A stretch of DNA of 64,000 nucleotides from Candidatus Entotheonellaceae bacterium (GTDB lineage Bacteria; Tectomicrobia; Entotheonellia; Entotheonellales; Entotheonellaceae): contig OZ250173.1 in assembly GCA_965238075.1 (NCBI GenBank), positions 2,240,001 through 2,304,000 of the forward strand. The letters are read 5' to 3'. Positions 59,995 to 64,000 of the stretch are shown here, piece by piece (the first letter of the stretch is position 1; each line of letters begins with the position of its first letter). A program made the position numbers and the translations under genes. Under the pieces are notes generated by a model. That model was not told where the DNA came from and made no database searches. It worked only from the letters and a program-made list of their open reading frames with translations.

Positions 59995-60822
59995 ATGTCT
60001 GACGATACGCAATTGATCATCCCACATGCTGGGTCCGACCCTCACCCGGCCACCCTGTCGCGGCGGGCGCTGTTGAACCGCGCGGCCCGCGGCTTGGCCG
60101 CCATTCCCGCTCTGTTGGGGTTGCGGACGCCGCCGGCTGCCGCCATGCCGGCCACCAACACCTTCGTGCTGGCACAGTTGCAATATCGCGGCGGCCAGTG
60201 GGACCCGCGGCCCTTGGCCGTCGCCCCTCTGATGCAGGAAATGCGCCAGCGCACCAGCGTCGAGACCCAGAACGAGCGCCGTATCCTCACCCCGCGCGAC
60301 CCGGCGCTGTTTTCCCACCCCTTCCTGTACATGACCGGTGAGCAGGCTTTCGAGCCCTTCGACACCGAGGAACTGGAAATCCTGCGCCGCTACCTGCGCT
60401 TCGGCGGCTTAATGCTCATCGACGACGCACGCGGCAACAAGGGGCAGGACTTCGACGCCAGCGTGCGGCGCGAAATCGCCCGCCTGTTCCCGGCCCGCGC
60501 GCTCAAAATCCTGGCGCCCGACCATTCCGTGTTTCGCACCTACTACCTTATCCGTACCATGGGCGGCGTGCGCATCGTCAATCCCTACCTCGAAGGCGTG
60601 CACATCGGCGACCGCACCCCGCTGCTCTACTGCCAGAACGGCCTCGGCGCCGCCTGGGAGCGCGACTACCTCGGCAACTGGGTGTCCGCCTGCCATCCCG
60701 GCGGCGAAGTCCAACGCCTGCAAGCCTTCAAGCTCGGCGTCAACGCCATCATGTACGCCCTCACCGTCAACTATAAACAGGACCTCATCCACCTCCCCTT
60801 CATTCGCCGGAAGCTCGGGTGA
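59995..60822 (+). CDS. DUF4159 protein with twin-arginine signal
   Basis: SRRALL...PPAAA leader; PFLYMTG, LRRYL.FGG...IDD, H.VFR.YY, G.N...YALT.NYK.D..H. Confidence 0.85.
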   Translation: MSDDTQLIIPHAGSDPHPATLSRRALLNRAARGLAAIPALLGLRTPPAAAMPATNTFVLAQLQYRGGQWDPRPLAVAPLMQEMRQRTSVETQNERRILTPRDPALFSHPFLYMTGEQAFEPFDTEELEILRRYLRFGGLMLIDDARGNKGQDFDASVRREIARLFPARALKILAPDHSVFRTYYLIRTMGGVRIVNPYLEGVHIGDRTPLLYCQNGLGAAWERDYLGNWVSACHPGGEVQRLQAFKLGVNAIMYALTVNYKQDLIHLPFIRRKLG

Positions 60823-61019
60823 GACACCGGGGTTTCTCCATGGGTAGATGTGGCGTTTGTCTTGACATACCATCTGTATAAGTTGGCCCCGCTTATGTTG
60901 TGAGTTTTTCAGACCTCTGTCATTCCGGCCTCCCATTGTGACATGTTGCATGTTTTCCAGACTCATCTCCGGCACCCTGCGTATGAAAATGCTGAAGTTC
61001 TTCGATTGATGGGGTCCAT

Positions 61020-62087
61020 ATGAAGCGCGAAGCGAAACTCCTACTCGAGAAGGCCTGCGATTCTCTGGTGCTTTCCATCGAGTTATTCAACCGGCCATAC
61101 GAGCGGGGACGTGTATGTGGAACTCTCATCCAACTCCATCATGGATTTGAAATGTTGATGAAGGCCGCGATTTTGTATAAGGGCGGGCGAATCCGTGATT
61201 GGCAGACTAAGGAAATGATTGGCTTTAGTACCTGCGTACGACGTTCGTTGAGCGACGGGACAATTAGGTACCTGACTGACGAACAGGCCCCCTCCTCCAA
61301 GCAATCCGGGAATTGCGAAATGCCGCCCAGCACTACTTGCTGGATATTTCGGAGGCACAGTTCTACATACAGGTACAATCGGGGGTTACACTGTTTCGAG
61401 ACATTCTGGTAAGTGTCTTTGATCAGGATCTGTCCAGTTTTCTGCCGGCCCGTGTGCTTCCGGTATCGATAGAGTTCCCAACAGATCTGGTAACACTTTT
61501 CGATTCTGAGATCGGCCAAATTAGAAAACTCCTGAGCCCTGGCCGACGTCGTCGAATTGAAGCCATGGCAAGGCTTCGACCGCTCGCTATTCTTGACGCC
61601 GCATTTCAAGGTGAAATGGGTCATCCGAGCGACGAAGAATTGGTGCGCCTTGGTGAGCAATTGATGGCGGGTCAATCCTGGGAAGTAGTTTTCAAGGGTG
61701 GCAGCCGTTGACACCAAAGCCGAGGGAAATGGCCCCAGCTTGTCACTTAGGATCTCGAAGAAGGAGGGCATGCCTGTACGGCATGTCCCTGGAGGGACAC
61801 CCGGTGCGTCTGTGGTTGCTGTTAGACGCGTTAGCGAGTTGAGTTTTTATAATCTTGGGGCGAAGGAACTTGCGACTAAATTATCGCTGACAATGCCAAA
61901 ATTGATAAACATCGTGGAGCACTTGGGTATCCGTAATGACGAGGACTTCTACAAGGAGTTCAAGCTTAGTGGAGTTCTCCACAAGCGGTACTCGCAAAAT
62001 GCGATAAAGGTGATTGAGTCAGCGTTGATCAAAGAAAGTGCCGATGAGATGTGGGCGAAGCGGCGCGGCTTGCGGGCAAGCTCCTGA
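61020..62087 (+). pseudogene. Frameshifted DUF3644-like (HEPN-type) gene in an AT-richer insert
   Basis: Three consecutive frames (61020-, 61313-, 61698-) join into LLEKA.DSL.LSIELFNRP...FEMLMKA...LRNAAQH...HKRYSQNAI; breaks near 61290-61312 and 61697. Confidence 0.65.
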
Positions 62088-62565
62088 GTGTAGGTATTTT
62101 CTCGGAGGCCGTGTCGAATCCTTCGCTCTCGCCCGGCTCCAACGACACGATTGGTCTGTTACCTACTACCGAGCGATTCCAACGTGTCATACGCCGAGAG
62201 TGCCGGCACGGCGAGATTGCGCTGGCGGGACATAACCCTCGACGGCTGAACCTTTCATTTGGCCGAAGTATAAGCTTGCGATCAGCCGTGTTGATTCAAG
62301 GTAAGATAGACCGAAACGCCTTGGCGAGTGGGTCATCGAACCGATTGTCGTAGAGGGACCCACCGGCGCTGCAGCGTCCAACCCTCCGAGGGCAAATTAA
62401 CTGTTATCGCGATTGTGTCGCCGCGCTGATTTAGCGCAACGTGCGTGACGTGACGCGCATCGCCGAGACTAACTTACTCCGTCACCCCTGGTTGTATCAT
62501 GCAGACCTTGACGGTAAACTAGCGGCTCCTTTTATCCCTCCAACCCCAACCGGCAAGAAACTCCA

Positions 62566-64000
62566 ATGACCTTGTGGCCCTTTTCTCCGTTGCTGTGGAA
62601 TACCCAGGCAGGAACATTCAGGAGCAGTTTGACGTGGGAGGCGACGTTTCCCGTCGTCGTGGTGGTCGTCATTGCGTTGGCCTTCGTTGCGCTGCTGGTG
62701 CGGCAGTGGCTCGACCTGGGGCCGCGCACCTCGAGGCGCGCGCGGTTGGGGCTGACGGCGCTGCGATTCGGGGCCTACGCGGTGGTTCTGGGCATGCTGC
62801 TCAACCCTGCCCTGTTGATCCAGAAGGTGATGATGATTCTGCCGCAGTTGGCGGTGCTGGTGGATACCTCCGGCAGCATGGGGCTGGGCACGGACGGCGA
62901 GCCCACGCGCCTGCAGGGGGTGGTCGATTATCTGCACGATGAGCAGCGCTCGGCGTTGGACAAGCTGGCCGAGCGGTATGAAATCGCGCTGTACCAGTTC
63001 GACGACACGGTGCGGATGCTGCCGCGTGAAGACCTGCCGCAGGTGCAGCCAGGCGGCCAGCGGACGGACTTGATCGGCGCCGTTACCCACGTGCTCGACG
63101 ACAACCGCAGCGCGCCGCCGGTTGGCATCATGGTGCTCAGCGACGGCGTTCATCACGGCTCGGACACCGGCCTCGGCTACCTGCGCCGGGCGGGCGTGCC
63201 CGTGGTGGCCGTCGGCGTGGACAACCTGGACACCTACCGGGACATTCGTGTTGTTGACGTGCAGGCGCCGTCATTGACCTTCCTGCATTATCCGGCGGAC
63301 GTTACTGCCACCATCCAGGTCTGGGGCTATGCCGAGGAAACGCTGGCGGTCGTCTTGCAGCGCGACGGCCGTGTCGTGGCGACGCAGCGAATGTTGGTCG
63401 CGTCGGACGCCTCCGAGCAGCAAATGACCTTCCCCTTGGAGCCGGACGTGATCGGCGAATTTGCCTATACGGTCAGTATCGCCCCGCGGCTCGGCGAGGC
63501 GCTCACCGACAACAACCGCGTCGATTTCCCGCTCTCCGTGGTGCGCGACAAAATCCGCGTGCTGCTGGTGTGCGGCAGCCCCACCTGGAATTACCGCTTC
63601 CTACGCCAGGCCCTCAAGCTCGACCCCAGTATCGACCTGCTGTCGTTCGTCATCCTGCGTACTGCCAACGACGTGGTGAACGTGCCCGAGAGCCAGCTCA
63701 GCCTCATCCCGTTCCCCACCGAGCGCCTGTTTACGCGGGAGCTGAGGAACTTCGACCTGATCATCTTCGAGAACTTTGATTCGCGGCGTTATTTCCCGGT
63801 GACCTATTTGCAGAACGTGGCGCGCTACGTCATGGACGGTGGCGCCTTTGCGATGATCGGCGGGCCGCTGGCGTTTTCGCAGGGCGGCTACCTGGGCACG
63901 CCCATCGAGGCCATCCTGCCGGTCTCCCTGCTCCGCGAGCGCCGTGATTATCAGCAGGCCACGCACCAGATGATGCTGACCGAGGCAGGCCGCACGCACC
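62566..64000 (+). CDS. VWA + glutamine-amidotransferase-like membrane protein (runs off the window)
   Basis: Manual translation: two TMs, LLNP, LAVLVDTSGSM, LSDG, KIRVLLVCGSPTWNYRFLRQALKLDPSIDLLSFVILRT, LSLIPFPTERLF. Confidence 0.82.
   Translation, partial: MTLWPFSPLLWNTQAGTFRSSLTWEATFPVVVVVVIALAFVALLVRQWLDLGPRTSRRARLGLTALRFGAYAVVLGMLLNPALLIQKVMMILPQLAVLVDTSGSMGLGTDGEPTRLQGVVDYLHDEQRSALDKLAERYEIALYQFDDTVRMLPREDLPQVQPGGQRTDLIGAVTHVLDDNRSAPPVGIMVLSDGVHHGSDTGLGYLRRAGVPVVAVGVDNLDTYRDIRVVDVQAPSLTFLHYPADVTATIQVWGYAEETLAVVLQRDGRVVATQRMLVASDASEQQMTFPLEPDVIGEFAYTVSIAPRLGEALTDNNRVDFPLSVVRDKIRVLLVCGSPTWNYRFLRQALKLDPSIDLLSFVILRTANDVVNVPESQLSLIPFPTERLFTRELRNFDLIIFENFDSRRYFPVTYLQNVARYVMDGGAFAMIGGPLAFSQGGYLGTPIEAILPVSLLRERRDYQQATHQMMLTEAGRTH

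Noticed and set aside
60862-60882. TTGACA near TATAAG as a promoter for the DUF3644-like gene
   Set aside because: Spacing is only about 9 nt, incompatible with sigma70.
60919-60942. GTCATTCCGGC as a seventh CGTC element
   Set aside because: Only the first 11 nt match; no hairpin or second arm.

Overview
High-GC bacterial chromosomal segment from a diderm (lptD, msbA, lptG) that also has F420/flavin-dependent oxidoreductase families. That combination would fit a Tectomicrobia/Nitrospinota/deltaproteobacterial-like lineage, but taxonomy is inference only. Left to right: 5' end of alaS; type II secretion pseudopilin genes gspG-H-I-J-K-N; a PHP phosphoesterase; a 17.5 kb complex I locus (nuoL-M-A-CD-E-F-H-J-K-N, then a second J-K-L-M-N) with no nuoB, nuoG or nuoI; a toxin-antitoxin/REP-repeat patch; a double-length UvrA; an IS30 element; a frameshifted GIY-YIG nuclease; rnhA; redox enzymes and brnTA; lptG; a methyltransferase-DUF488-katA-oxyR block; msbA, lptD, citE-like, DUF2059, a DegT aminotransferase and hisD; then a DUF4175/peptidase-TPR/MoxR/DUF58/BatA-VWA/DUF4159/GATase-like cluster interrupted by a decayed HEPN-like gene. 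Main leads: (1) a family of six polarised CGTC-type double-hairpin elements, one directly behind the small GIY-YIG gene, one in-frame in the cleavable GspJ leader, and the GIY-YIG-adjacent copy split by an IS30 whose transposase takes its stop codon from the repeat; (2) the second NuoL has a 26-residue duplication in its transverse helix, the signature of complex I variants with an extra proton-pumping subunit. No tRNA, rRNA or CRISPR array was recognised. All calls come from reading motifs by eye; no database searches were run.
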